A stretch of 64,000 bases of DNA from Solirubrobacterales bacterium (GTDB lineage: Bacteria; Actinomycetota; Thermoleophilia; Solirubrobacterales; JACPNS01). The stretch spans positions 92,921-156,920 of the forward strand of contig JBPPNF010000052.1 in the NCBI GenBank assembly GCA_051306435.1, in the 5' to 3' direction. Positions 1 to 13,615 of the stretch are shown here, piece after piece; the first letter of the stretch is position 1, and each line of letters begins with the position of its first letter. A program made the translations under genes and the position numbers. The notes under the pieces were generated by a model. The model was given only the letters and a program-made list of their open reading frames with translations. It did no database searches and was not told where the DNA came from.

Positions 1-4356
<4,356 letters not shown>

Positions 4357-4364
4357 TCAAATCG

Positions 4365-4393
4365 ACAAAAAACGCCGGCGTTCTGCACACCGG
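4365..4393 (-). terminator. candidate intrinsic terminator downstream of the recF-DUF721 genes, in the gyrB leader
   Basis: The minus strand reads CGCCGG-tgtgcagaacg-CCGGCG followed by TTTTTT. The stem is short (6 bp GC) and the loop is long, so this is weak. Confidence 0.35.
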
Positions 4394-4519
4394 CGAGAGA
4401 GGTGCTCGTGGAACCTTTTTCAGTCCCCTGAGCTTAGCATCGAGGGCGGCGGAAATTGCCGTTTCGGCCACCCGCAAACCCGCATGGTTATGCGGAATCT
4501 GACGGTTATGTGAACTTTG

Positions 4520-4828
4520 TTACCGGATCACGAATTTAAGCTCGGTCGGCGCCCCGTCAGAGAGCACTTTCTGTAGCTTTTTCAGCAGGTCTGGCTTGAT
4601 CATTTCGAGCTCGTGGGCGACCATCGAATCGGCGCAGGCGAACGTCACTGTGCCGGCTCGTTCAGACACCGGAACGGCCCACTTGGCGACCGTCGGACCG
4701 ACTGCCTCGGGCCATGCAGTCTGGACGCGAGCGATCCTCGTGGCCGGCTGCATTTCGGCAGTGATCTCGGCGAGCGCGTCAGAGAGTCGTGAGAGGTCGC
4801 GGCGACGGTGCATCTGCGTGTAAGACAA
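4520..4828 (-). CDS. dciA: DUF721-family protein, DciA-like helicase operator
   Basis: A ~100-aa ORF sits directly after recF and before gyrB, the position of actinobacterial DciA. The sequence pattern ..RVQTAWPEAVGPTVAKWAVPVSERAGTVTFACADSMVAHELEMIKPDLLKKL is typical of DUF721. The start is TTG 4828 or ATG 4813. Confidence 0.7.
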   Translation of the reverse strand: MSYTQMHRRRDLSRLSDALAEITAEMQPATRIARVQTAWPEAVGPTVAKWAVPVSERAGTVTFACADSMVAHELEMIKPDLLKKLQKVLSDGAPTELKFVIR

Positions 4829-5914
4829 TCAGGTCGCCGGCGCGACCTCGCCGCCGGCAACAGCGAGCACGACGTCGATCGGAGCCTCCGACGGGACGTG
4901 CTCGATCTCTGTTGTGGTGATCAGCACCTGCCCGATTCCGGCGACGCGTTCGACGAGCAGTCGGCGCCTCGTCGCATCGAGCTCGCTCAACACATCGTCG
5001 AGCAGAATCAGCGGCCCGCGATCTGTGATCTCGGCGATCGCCTCACACTCAGCGAGCAGCAGCGCGAGCAGTGAGATGCGCTGCTGACCCTGCGAGCCGT
5101 ACGTGCGCACCTCGCGCCCCTGGTGTTTGATCACGAGTTCGTCGCGGTGTGGTCCGAAGGTTGTGAAGCCGCGCTGCCTGTCCGCGTCGCGACGCTCCGC
5201 AAGCGCGGCAAGGTAGGCCGCTTCGTCCTCGGGGTCGACATCGGCGATCGTGCGGTAGCGCAGCGTCGGTGCCGGCTCCAGTCCGAGCTCCGCTCCGATC
5301 GCGCCGAAGCGCGATTCGACGTTCGCGATGCCCTCAGCGCGGTCGGCGATCAGCGCTTGGCCGTACCTGGCGAGCTCGCGATCCCAGACGTCAAGTTCGG
5401 CCCCGTTGCTGCCACGTACGAGCAATGCGTTGCGTTGGGCGAGTGCCTCGGCGTACGAGCGACGGTTTGCGCGGCGCCCGGGCCACAGCGCGGCGACGAA
5501 CTGGTCGAGGTGACCGCGGCGAACGCCGGGGGCTCCTTTGATCAGTTCCAGGCGGTCGGGCATGAAGACGGCGGTCGGCGGTCGCCATTCGAACGGCTCG
5601 AGCGACTCGACTTTGGCGCCGTCCGCAAAGTAGGTCCTGCCCTCTTTGCGGTCGATCGCGACGGCGAGTGTGTGGTCCTCGTAAGCCGTGGATCCCTCAA
5701 CCTCAACTCGAGCGACGGGTTGGCCGAAGCGCACTGCCTGGGCGTCGATCCGCGTGCGGCACGAACGCCCCACGCAACCCACGAACAGCGCCTCGAGCAG
5801 ATTGGTCTTTCCGGCGCCGTTGTCCCCGGTCACGACCGTCACGCGTTCGCCGAGCGTCACCTGGGCGCGCTCGTAGCTGCGGAAGTTCCGTGCGTTGAGA
5901 CTCTGAACGATCAC
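4829..5914 (-). CDS. recF: DNA replication/repair protein RecF
   Basis: GTG start. The N-terminus is MIVQSLNARNFRSYE...VVTGDNGAGKTNLLEAL (Walker A), with the C-terminal signature LLLDDVLSELD. Confidence 0.95.
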   Translation of the reverse strand: MIVQSLNARNFRSYERAQVTLGERVTVVTGDNGAGKTNLLEALFVGCVGRSCRTRIDAQAVRFGQPVARVEVEGSTAYEDHTLAVAIDRKEGRTYFADGAKVESLEPFEWRPPTAVFMPDRLELIKGAPGVRRGHLDQFVAALWPGRRANRRSYAEALAQRNALLVRGSNGAELDVWDRELARYGQALIADRAEGIANVESRFGAIGAELGLEPAPTLRYRTIADVDPEDEAAYLAALAERRDADRQRGFTTFGPHRDELVIKHQGREVRTYGSQGQQRISLLALLLAECEAIAEITDRGPLILLDDVLSELDATRRRLLVERVAGIGQVLITTTEIEHVPSEAPIDVVLAVAGGEVAPAT

Positions 5915-5939
5915 GCCTGGCCCACACGGCCTGCGCTGA

Positions 5940-7064
5940 TCAGGTGTTCAGGCGGATCGGCATGACGAGGTACATGAACTCCTCGTCCTCGCCGGCGACG
6001 ATCAGGCCGGGGCGAAATGCGCTGATCAGTTTGAACTTTGCGCGCTCGGTGTGTGCGCTGTCGAGACCGTCGCGCAGGAAGTCCGGGTTGAAACCGATCT
6101 CGAGCGGGTCGCCGGAGAAATCCGGAGCCGGCAGGGTCTCTCGACCCTCGCCGATGTCGGTGGTCTGAGCCGAAACCTCAAGTTCACCCTCAGAGAGCGC
6201 GACCTTCAGCGGTGTGTTGCGCTGCGCCAAGAGGCTCACGCGCTTGACCGCGTCGTGCAGCTCGGCGACATCGATATCAAGGACGTGCTCGTAGCTGTCA
6301 GGCAGCAACTGCTCGAAGTCCGGGAACTGACCGTCGATCAGGCGCGAGACCAACAGCGCCTCTCCGGCCGAGAAGGCGATCTGGCGCTCGGCGAGGGTGA
6401 TCTCGATCGTGTCGTGTCCGTCGGCGATGCGTGTGGCTTCCTGGAGCGCGCGAGCGGGAACGTTGGCCTCGATCTTCTGGGTGACCGGCGGATCGATCCG
6501 GGTCGTGCGGACCGCCAGGCGGTACGAGTCGGTCGCCACCGAACGGAGCTTGTCGCCCTCGATCGAAAGCAGAATTCCGGTCAGGTGCGGGCGCGTCTCG
6601 TCGCGTGATGCCGAACGCGCAACCTGTTCGATCGTCTCCGAGAACTCGCTGACGGGCAATGTGACGGTTGCGCCTTCGATCGGCTGCACGTCGGGAAAGT
6701 CGTCCGCGGCAAGGAGGCGAAGCTTGAAAGAAGCGGAGCCGCAGTCGAGAGCAAGCAGCCCGCCGTCACCGACAACCAGAGACACGTCACCGGTGGGCAG
6801 CTGACGCGCGACATCAGCGAGCAGGCGACCGGGCACCACGATCACGCCACCTGATTCGACTTCGGCGGGAATCCTCGAGCGGATCGAGATGTCGCCGTCA
6901 GTCGCGGTCAGGGTGAGTGAACCAGTCTCGGCCTGGAGTTGGATGCCGGCGAGCGCCGGGATGATTGAGCGCGTGGACACGGCGCGGCCGACGGCAGCGA
7001 GTGCATGGATGAAGATCGCTCGATCGACGTTCAGTCGTAAACCAGATGATCCTTCAGGATTCAA
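5940..7064 (-). CDS. dnaN: DNA polymerase III beta sliding clamp
   Basis: Three-domain clamp sequence. LRLNVDRAIFIHALAAVGRAVSTRSIIPALAGIQL aligns with the MKFTI... N-termini of other clamps. The start is uncertain: CTG 7034, TTG 7064 or TTG 7109. The 7109 TTG is part of a DnaA box, so I prefer a downstream start. Confidence 0.9.
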   Translation of the reverse strand: MNPEGSSGLRLNVDRAIFIHALAAVGRAVSTRSIIPALAGIQLQAETGSLTLTATDGDISIRSRIPAEVESGGVIVVPGRLLADVARQLPTGDVSLVVGDGGLLALDCGSASFKLRLLAADDFPDVQPIEGATVTLPVSEFSETIEQVARSASRDETRPHLTGILLSIEGDKLRSVATDSYRLAVRTTRIDPPVTQKIEANVPARALQEATRIADGHDTIEITLAERQIAFSAGEALLVSRLIDGQFPDFEQLLPDSYEHVLDIDVAELHDAVKRVSLLAQRNTPLKVALSEGELEVSAQTTDIGEGRETLPAPDFSGDPLEIGFNPDFLRDGLDSAHTERAKFKLISAFRPGLIVAGEDEEFMYLVMPIRLNT

Positions 7065-7091
7065 GTTGTTTGATTCGTGTTGGTGTTGGTA

Positions 7092-7211
7092 TGTGGAAGA
7101 TGTGGACAACTGTGCAAACCTGCTTGGAAACTGCGATTGCTCAGACTAATTCAGATGGATTCGTCCATCGGCAGTTCTGCCCTGTGGATAACTGCTTTGA
7201 GACTATCCACA
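7092..7211. promoter_or_regulatory. DnaA-box cluster / candidate compact oriC or dnaA-dnaN regulatory region
   Basis: The minus strand carries TTGTCCACA (7101-7109), TCTTCCACA (7092-7100) and TTATCCACA (7183-7191). The plus strand carries CTATCCACA (7203-7211). There is a local GC trough of ~43% by hand count over 7041-7160. Confidence 0.55.
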
Positions 7212-8518
7212 ACATCGGCAGCAGCGGGATCGTTTCGGCGCGCCGCCCGGACCTTGTCGCGGGCGTGGACGACGGTCGAGTGGTCGCGGCCGAATGCTGC
7301 GGCAATCGCAGGCAGCGACTGGCCGCTGTGCTCACACGAGAGGTACATCGCGATCTGACGCGGACCGGTGATGCGACGGCTACGGTCGGGGCTGAGCAGC
7401 TCTTCGATCGAGAGCTCAAAGTGATCGGCGACCGCGGTCTGGATCTCCGGGATCGAAACCTCAGGTTTGTGGTGTTCGGTGCCGGCGCCGGCGGTGTGCG
7501 GGTGGAGAGAGTCGAGCAGCTCGTCGACGAGTTCCGTGGTGACGGGCTCGTCGCGCATCGATGCGAAGGCGCTGACCCGGATCAGGGCGCCCTCGAGTGA
7601 TCGCACATTTGCCGGCACACGCTCGGCGATCCGGTCCAGTGCGAGATCGTCATCGACGGGAATGTTGTCGACGCGGACACGCTTGCGCAGGATTGCGCTG
7701 CGCAGGCGCTCGTCGGGTTTCTCTATCTCCACGACGAGGCCTGATTCAAATCGTTCACGCAACCGGTCGGCCAACTGATCAAGCTGGCGTGGCGTGCGGT
7801 CGCAGGTGATCACCAGCTGGCGGCCGGCTTCGTGCAGGTGATTGAAGGTGTGGAAGAACTCTTCCTCGGTTTTGACCTTGTTCTGCAGGAACTGCACGTC
7901 GTCGATCAGCAGCACGTCGCTGCGCCGCAGATCTTCCTTGAAGTCCTGGATCGTGTCGTTGCGCAGCACGCTGCGAAAGATTGCGGCGAAGTTCTCGGCA
8001 GTCAGGTAGCGGACCTGAATTTCCGGGGCCTGCAGCTTGAGGAAGTTCCCGATCGCGTGGATCAGGTGGGTCTTCCCTACGCCGGGCGATCCGTAGAGGA
8101 AGAGCGGGTTGAAGGCCTGCGCCGGCTGCTCGGCGACCGCGAGTGCCGCCGCGTGGCCGATGTGGTTGGATCCACCAATCACAAACTGGTCGAAGCTGTA
8201 GCGCGGGTTAAGAGGAGATGTGTGCCACTCGGCTGACGCCGGTTCAGAGGCCGCGATCCCGCTCTGGGACGGAATTTGATCCTCCGCGACCAGTGCGACC
8301 CTGAGATCAGAGCCGAGCGCCGCTTCTGCGCACCTGGTGAGCACGCGCCCGTACCTGAGCTCGACCCAGCTGCGGGCGCGATCGGTTCCGGTCAGGTAGA
8401 GGACGCCGTTGTCGAGCGCGGCCGGGGTCAACTGGCTAAGCCAGATATCGGCGACATCGTCTGAGACGTCGCGCCTGAAAATGGCATCAGTTTTTGACCA
8501 GAGCTGGTCGATCTGCAT
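7151..8518 (-). CDS. dnaA: chromosomal replication initiator DnaA
   Basis: 455 aa with the AAA+ Walker [20 protein letters not shown], and the C-terminal HTH region [33 protein letters not shown]. Confidence 0.97.
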   Translation of the reverse strand: MQIDQLWSKTDAIFRRDVSDDVADIWLSQLTPAALDNGVLYLTGTDRARSWVELRYGRVLTRCAEAALGSDLRVALVAEDQIPSQSGIAASEPASAEWHTSPLNPRYSFDQFVIGGSNHIGHAAALAVAEQPAQAFNPLFLYGSPGVGKTHLIHAIGNFLKLQAPEIQVRYLTAENFAAIFRSVLRNDTIQDFKEDLRRSDVLLIDDVQFLQNKVKTEEEFFHTFNHLHEAGRQLVITCDRTPRQLDQLADRLRERFESGLVVEIEKPDERLRSAILRKRVRVDNIPVDDDLALDRIAERVPANVRSLEGALIRVSAFASMRDEPVTTELVDELLDSLHPHTAGAGTEHHKPEVSIPEIQTAVADHFELSIEELLSPDRSRRITGPRQIAMYLSCEHSGQSLPAIAAAFGRDHSTVVHARDKVRAARRNDPAAADVVDSLKAVIHRAELPMDESI

Positions 8519-8753
8519 CGCAGACTCCGAGCCGAATCTTCCGGCGGGTCGAGATATTCAAGAGAAGCGGGGCGAGAAATCTGCGACTTCAGGCTTCCGT
8601 GTTTCGGACTATAACCGAGCTCTTGATCGGGATCACCGACGATCGGCGGCGAAGGTCGCAAACTCGCACAAAAACGTTTTTTCTGATCCGCCGGTGGATG
8701 TTGTGGTCGGCAGTCTCTACAATCCCGGCTTCAAGTTTTCTGAATGGATTTTT

Positions 8754-8888
8754 ATGAAGCGCACTTACCAGCCGAAGAAACGCAAGCGCGCCCGTACTCA
8801 CGGGTTTCGCGCCCGCATGAGCAGCGCGGCCGGCCGCAACGTACTCAGGCGTCGCCGCGCCAAAGGTCGCAAGCGGCTCACGCCGTAG
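8754..8888 (+). CDS. rpmH: 50S ribosomal protein L34
   Basis: [47 protein letters not shown] at 8754, inside a longer track ORF. Confidence 0.95.
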   Translation: MKRTYQPKKRKRARTHGFRARMSSAAGRNVLRRRRAKGRKRLTP

Positions 8889-8890
8889 CG

Positions 8891-9265
8891 ATGTCCGCTG
8901 CCTTGACCAGCCCAACCCGCGGGAAGGGTCGGCGCCTTTCCCGCAGCACAGAATTTCAGCGCGTCTACCGCCAGGGGCGGTCGAAGGCGAACCGCTGTCT
9001 CGTGCTCTATTCGTTCGCCCGTGGCGACGGAGCTGACGAGGATTCTCGCTTCGGCGTCTCGGTCGGCCGCAAGATCGGCAATGCCGTGATGCGCAACCGC
9101 GTCAAGCGCACGATCCGCGAAGCGCTCGATCAACTGGAGCCGAACATGGCCGACGGCCTAGACTACGTCGTGCTCGCGCGGCCCGCCATCGTTGAACTGC
9201 TCGAACGAGACGGGATGCACGGAGTCAGAGATTCGCTCGCCGAGCTGATCACTGCCGGCCAGTAG
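8891..9265 (+). CDS. rnpA: ribonuclease P protein component
   Basis: The ATG at 8891 lies 2 nt after the rpmH stop. The protein is basic, with RLSRSTEFQRVYRQG and the ..NAVMRNRVKRTIREA motif, in the canonical position after rpmH. Confidence 0.9.
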   Translation: MSAALTSPTRGKGRRLSRSTEFQRVYRQGRSKANRCLVLYSFARGDGADEDSRFGVSVGRKIGNAVMRNRVKRTIREALDQLEPNMADGLDYVVLARPAIVELLERDGMHGVRDSLAELITAGQ

Positions 9266-9288
9266 TTACCCAGCCCCTTTCCTCTTCC

Positions 9289-9618
9289 GTGACCTCGACC
9301 AGCACAAGCCAGATCTTCGGCGCGCGCCTGCGCAAGGCGGCCTCGCTGCCCTTCCTGCTGCCGATTCATGCGTATCGCAAGTTGGTTTCACCATTCATTG
9401 CGCCTCGCTGCCGCTACTACCCGAGTTGTTCCACCTACGCCGTGGACGCTCTTAAGGAGTACGGCCCGATCCGTGGATCGATTCTGGCTGCATGGCGCGT
9501 GGTTCGATGCAACCCGTTCAGCGACGGCGGGTTCGACTACGTCGAGGATCAGAAACTCTTCAAGCGGCACTCAGATGATTGTGACGAAACACACAAGCGC
9601 CACGGGGTTTCCGGATGA
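9289..9618 (+). CDS. yidD: membrane protein insertion efficiency factor YidD
   Basis: YRKLVSPFIAPRCRYYPSCSTYAVDALKEYGPIRGSILAAWRVVRCNPF is the hallmark YidD motif. Confidence 0.9.
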   Translation: MTSTSTSQIFGARLRKAASLPFLLPIHAYRKLVSPFIAPRCRYYPSCSTYAVDALKEYGPIRGSILAAWRVVRCNPFSDGGFDYVEDQKLFKRHSDDCDETHKRHGVSG

Positions 9619-10442
9619 ACTACGTGATTCCGTACGCGAACATCATCGAGGACATCGTTCGCCCGATCAGCGATGTGCTGGACGGTGCCCTTCGGCAGTT
9701 CTTCGAATGGGGCATCCCGTGGGGCTGGGGAATCATCCTGCTCACGGTCATCGTTCGCCTTCTGCTTCTGCCGCTGACCTACAAGCAGGTCACGAGCATG
9801 CTGCACATGCAGCAGTACCAGCCGCAGATCAAGGAGCTGAACGAGAAGTTCAAGGACGACCCGCAGCGCAAGCAGCAGGAGTTGATGAAGTTCTTCAAGG
9901 AACACGGCATCAACCCGCTGGCCTCATGTTTCCCGCTGCTGCTGCAGATGCCGTTCTTCATCGCGATGTTCTACGCGCTGCGCGAGACCTCACTGCAGAC
10001 CGAGATGAACGCGACGGATCCGAGCTTCTTCTTCATCTCCAACCTGACCCAGAACCCCAACGGCGCCGAACTGGTGGTCCTGCTGATTCTTTACGTCGGT
10101 TCGCAGCTGGGTTCGACGCTGGTGTCGCTCTCGTCGGCGACCGACCAGATGCAGCGCCGATTGATGCTCGCGCTGCCGTTCATCTTTGTTCCGTTCATCA
10201 TCAACTTCCCTGCCGGCCTGATCCTTTACTGGATCACGACCAACTTCTGGACGCTGGGCCAGTCATTTGTGGTCAAATGGATGCGTATTCGTCAGGGCGA
10301 TCCAGTGCTGGTAGGAGCCGGTGACGACGGTGACGATGGATTGGTAACTTCCGGAGGCGCGGCGCTGGTCAAGAAGGAGCCGACGAAGGCACCGCCACCG
10401 CCGCCCCGGACGAAGAAGAAGCGTTCCGGCCGCCGACGCTGA
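9615..10442 (+). CDS. yidC: membrane insertase YidC (short Gram-positive type with a basic tail)
   Basis: ATGA overlap with yidD. Contains LLLPLTYKQVTSMLHMQQYQPQIKEL, multiple TM segments, and the C-terminal tail KKKRSGRRR. Confidence 0.93.
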   Translation: MNYVIPYANIIEDIVRPISDVLDGALRQFFEWGIPWGWGIILLTVIVRLLLLPLTYKQVTSMLHMQQYQPQIKELNEKFKDDPQRKQQELMKFFKEHGINPLASCFPLLLQMPFFIAMFYALRETSLQTEMNATDPSFFFISNLTQNPNGAELVVLLILYVGSQLGSTLVSLSSATDQMQRRLMLALPFIFVPFIINFPAGLILYWITTNFWTLGQSFVVKWMRIRQGDPVLVGAGDDGDDGLVTSGGAALVKKEPTKAPPPPPRTKKKRSGRRR

Positions 10443-10457
10443 CCCGGGGAGAAATTC

Positions 10458-10961
10458 ATGACTGACACTGAGACAACAGCAACTGAAGCACCCGGCCAGG
10501 AGACTCGCCAGGCCGAGGTCGCCACGAGCACCGTTCGCGACATCCTCTCCGGCGCGGGGCTCGCCGCTGAAGTGTCCTACTCCCAGGAGGACGAGGACAT
10601 CAACATCGAAGTGACCGGTGATGACCTTGGTTTCGCGATCGGTCGCCGCGCTCAGACTCTGGATGCGATCCAGCTGATCGCATACCTTGTGAGCGCCAAG
10701 GCTGTGGACCCGGACGATCGTCGCCGCGTCTCGGTGGACATCGATGAGTACCGCGCCGCGCGCGAAGAGGAACTCTTTGATCTTGCCGATCGCGCCGTTC
10801 GTGACGCGCTGGCTTCTGGTCAGCCCGTCGAGCTCAAGCCGATGACCTCGAACGAACGTCGCAGCGTGCACCATTACTTGATCGACAACAGTGACGTTGA
10901 CACACACAGCGTCGGTGAGGATCCGGACCGCCGGATCGTCGTCACCCCCGCCAGCTCGTAG
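10458..10961 (+). CDS. jag: Jag/KhpB-type KH-R3H RNA-binding protein
   Basis: Lies downstream of yidC. The KH-like region is GFAIGRRAQTLDAIQ and the R3H region is MTSNERRSVHHYL. Confidence 0.85.
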   Translation: MTDTETTATEAPGQETRQAEVATSTVRDILSGAGLAAEVSYSQEDEDINIEVTGDDLGFAIGRRAQTLDAIQLIAYLVSAKAVDPDDRRRVSVDIDEYRAAREEELFDLADRAVRDALASGQPVELKPMTSNERRSVHHYLIDNSDVDTHSVGEDPDRRIVVTPASS

Positions 10962-11004
10962 TTTTTCGCTGACGCCGAGCGTTTCACGTTTTACGCTCCT
11001 GACC

Positions 11005-11661
11005 GTGGAGCAGGCAAAACTGGAACAGATCGCCGAATGGAGCGTCGGCCTGGAGATCTCCGGGACGGCGATCAAGTCTGCCTCCGAAGCGCGAAAGATC
11101 CACGTCGCTGACAGTCTCGCCGGCTTGAAAGTCGCTGCGATCCAAGATGCCAAGAGCATCGTTGACATCGGCTCGGGCGCGGGATTTCCCGGTCTGGTGC
11201 TGGCGGTGATGCTTCCCGATACGCAGATCACCCTGGTCGACAGCGTTCGAAAGAAGATGGAGGCTGCGGGCAGGTTCGCCCGGGAACTTGAGCTTGAGAA
11301 TCTCGAGTGCGTCTGGGGCCGGGCAGAGGAGATCGCCGCAATCGGCTCTCCGCACCGTGAGGCGTACGACGTCGTCACGGCTCGCGCCCTCGCCCAACTC
11401 GGCGTTCTGCTCGAATACTCAGCGCCGCTTCTACGTGAGAATGGACATCTCGTGGCATGGAAAGGGTCGCCTGAGCAGCCGGAACTTGCCGCAGCGGAGG
11501 CTTCGGCGGAGATTCTTGGCTTTGAAACCGGCGAGTTGACCGAAACCAAGCCGTTCAAGGGCTCCCGCGCCCGCCATTTCTACATCGCGAAGAAGATCCG
11601 CCCGACTGACAAGCGTTTTCCGCGCAGAGCAGGTGTGGCGCTGAAAAAGCCGCTGGCGTAG
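11005..11661 (+). CDS. rsmG: 16S rRNA (guanine527-N7)-methyltransferase RsmG
   Basis: SAM motif VDIGSGAGFPGLVLAV, in the canonical position before parA. The GTG 11005 start is chosen to avoid overlap with jag and is uncertain. Confidence 0.85.
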   Translation: MEQAKLEQIAEWSVGLEISGTAIKSASEARKIHVADSLAGLKVAAIQDAKSIVDIGSGAGFPGLVLAVMLPDTQITLVDSVRKKMEAAGRFARELELENLECVWGRAEEIAAIGSPHREAYDVVTARALAQLGVLLEYSAPLLRENGHLVAWKGSPEQPELAAAEASAEILGFETGELTETKPFKGSRARHFYIAKKIRPTDKRFPRRAGVALKKPLA

Positions 11662-11731
11662 TCGCAAACTCCGTGAAATTCCGCGTCCGCGGCCTTCGAA
11701 GGGTCCGAAATCGAGCGTAGGCTTCAGCCCG

Positions 11732-12529
11732 ATGGAAGCGCAAGAGAATTTCGACCAGCCGTGGCCCGGATTGACGACGATCTACGCGATCGCAAACCAG
11801 AAGGGCGGCGTCGGAAAGACGACCACAGCAGTGAATCTTGCCGCCTGCGTTGCTGAGGCCGGCTACAAGACGCTGCTCATCGACATTGACCCGCAGGCCA
11901 ACGCGACGGTCGGCCTCGGTGTCTCGAAGACCGAGGAACACACGATCTATGAGGTTCTGGTCGGTGAATCGACGCTCCGGCAGGCGATCAGAGGCACGGA
12001 GATCACGAATCTCTCGATCGTGCCGTCGACGCCGGATCTGGCCGGTGCCAACGTCGAGCTTCCCCGCGTCGCGGGCTCAGAGTTCATCCTGCGCGAGGCG
12101 CTCGAGCCGATGCGCGGCGACTACCGCTTCATCTTCTTCGACTGCCCACCATCGCTCGGGCCGCTGACGATCAACGCATTAGCCGCTGCCGACCGCGTGA
12201 TCGTGCCGGTTCAGACCGAGTACTACGCCCTCGAAGGCCTCGCCGACCTGCTCGACACCGTCGGCCTGATCCAGAAGGATCTCAATCCCAAGCTGACGAT
12301 CGGCGGCCTGGTGATGACGATGCACGACCGGCGCACACGCCTGGCCACCGACGTCGAGGACGAACTGCGCAAGCATTTCCCCGGACTTCTCTTCAACTCA
12401 GTGATCCCGCGCAACGTGCGCGTCGCCGAGGCCCCGAGCTTCGGCAGACCGGTAACGCATCACGACCCACACAGCGCCGGGGCCGGCGCATACTTCGAGC
12501 TCGCGAAAGAGGTGGCCCTCCGTGGCTGA
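11732..12529 (+). CDS. parA: chromosome partitioning ATPase ParA/Soj
   Basis: Deviant Walker A IANQKGGVGKTTTAVNLA. Typical ParA length and context. Confidence 0.95.
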   Translation: MEAQENFDQPWPGLTTIYAIANQKGGVGKTTTAVNLAACVAEAGYKTLLIDIDPQANATVGLGVSKTEEHTIYEVLVGESTLRQAIRGTEITNLSIVPSTPDLAGANVELPRVAGSEFILREALEPMRGDYRFIFFDCPPSLGPLTINALAAADRVIVPVQTEYYALEGLADLLDTVGLIQKDLNPKLTIGGLVMTMHDRRTRLATDVEDELRKHFPGLLFNSVIPRNVRVAEAPSFGRPVTHHDPHSAGAGAYFELAKEVALRG

Positions 12530-13445
12530 AGCACGAACAAATTCCGAATCTGCAAACCCTGAACCGACACGCGCAAACCGCCGCGGCATGGGACGTGGCC
12601 TGTCGGCGATCCTGCCGACGACCCACCATGATCTCGTCCACGACGAACTGCGACAGCTTCCCACCGGCGCGATTGACGTCAACCCGAACCAGCCGCGCAA
12701 GACCTTCGACGACGAGGCGCTCAAGGCGCTCTCGGATTCAATTGCCGCCAACGGCGTGATCCAACCGCTGCTGGTCAAGCCGCTCGCCGCAGGTCGCTAT
12801 GAGCTGGTCGCGGGCGAGCGTCGCCTGCGCGCCTCAAAGCTGGCGGGCGTTGAATCGGTTCCGGCTTACGTGCGCGCCGACCTCACAGCCAACACGCTCG
12901 AGCTCGCGCTCGTCGAGAACATGGCCCGCGTCGACCTCAACCCGATCGATGCCGCGCGTGCCTGCGCCGCGCTGGTCGACGACCTCGGCCTGACCAAGGA
13001 AGAGGTCTCCAAGCGCGTCGGCAAGAGCCGCGTCGCGGTCTCCAACTTGATCCGCCTGCTCAACCTGCCTGACGAAGTGATCCAGATGGTCGAGGACGGC
13101 ATGCTCAGCGAGGGACACGGCCGTGCCCTGCTGCGCGCCGGTGACCACTTCGCGATCCGTCGCCTGGCGCACGAAGCCGCCGCAGACGGCTGGTCGGTTC
13201 GTGAAACCGAACGCCGAGCCGAAGCCGCCGCCGAGTCCGCCAACCCTAAAGCTCCAGTTGAGGGTTCCACAACTGACACCGAGCAGGCCGAAGCAGCCGA
13301 AGCAGCCCACGAGATCGCCGAACGATTCATGAAGACCTTCGGGATCGACCCGAAGGTCAAGGTCAGTGACCGCGGAGTCAGGGTCACGCTTGACTTCGCT
13401 TCGGTGGATGAAGCACTGCAGGCGATTCAGAGAAGCCAGAGCTGA
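12522..13445 (+). CDS. parB: chromosome partitioning protein ParB/Spo0J
   Basis: The GTG start overlaps the parA stop. Contains the ParB box GERRLRA, an HTH region and NPNQPRKTFDDEAL. Confidence 0.95.
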   Translation: MAEARTNSESANPEPTRANRRGMGRGLSAILPTTHHDLVHDELRQLPTGAIDVNPNQPRKTFDDEALKALSDSIAANGVIQPLLVKPLAAGRYELVAGERRLRASKLAGVESVPAYVRADLTANTLELALVENMARVDLNPIDAARACAALVDDLGLTKEEVSKRVGKSRVAVSNLIRLLNLPDEVIQMVEDGMLSEGHGRALLRAGDHFAIRRLAHEAAADGWSVRETERRAEAAAESANPKAPVEGSTTDTEQAEAAEAAHEIAERFMKTFGIDPKVKVSDRGVRVTLDFASVDEALQAIQRSQS

Positions 13446-13464
13446 ACCGGCCGGCGAGCGAGCA

Positions 13465-13490
13465 ACAGAAAGAGCCGCACGCGGCGGCTC
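13465..13490 (-). terminator. intrinsic terminator after tRNA-Ile (possibly bidirectional with parB)
   Basis: The minus strand reads GAGCCGC-cgcgt-GCGGCTC followed by TTTCTGTT. The stem is 7 bp of GC-rich sequence. Confidence 0.5.
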
Positions 13491-13493
13491 CAG

Positions 13494-13567
13494 TGGGCGA
13501 TCCAGGATTCGAACCTGGGACCTCATCCTTATCAGAGATGCGCTCTAACCGACTGAGCTAATCGCCC
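13494..13567 (-). tRNA. tRNA-Ile (anticodon GAT)
   Basis: Hand-folded cloverleaf: GGGCGAT TA GCTC AGTCGGTTA GAGC G CATCT CTGATAA GGATG AGGTC CCAGG TTCGAAT CCTGG ATCGCCC A. CCA is not encoded. Confidence 0.9.
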
Positions 13568-13615
13568 TCAGGGGCGGGAAGTTTAGCGCCGCCGCAACCG
13601 TATACTGAGGCCGCG

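Noticed and set aside
8519-8753. The rpmH-dnaA divergent spacer was considered as the primary oriC.
   Set aside because: By eye it has only degenerate DnaA boxes (for example ACATCCACC) and moderate GC. It probably holds the divergent promoters, including a possible -10 TACAAT at 8718-8723. It is kept only as a secondary possibility under the oriC finding.
10979-10994. A parS-like sequence CGTTTCACGTTTTACG lies near jag/rsmG, with half-sites such as CGTGAAAC at 13199-13206.
   Set aside because: Only about 11 of 16 positions match the TGTTTCACGTGAAACA consensus, and the right half is not palindromic. I found no full parS by eye, so none is reported.
10263-11558. A 431-aa minus-strand ORF spans the yidC 3' end, jag and rsmG.
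   Set aside because: It runs antisense to three well-supported conserved genes. Its composition is Ser/Ala/Arg-rich with no recognisable domain. This is a high-GC shadow ORF.
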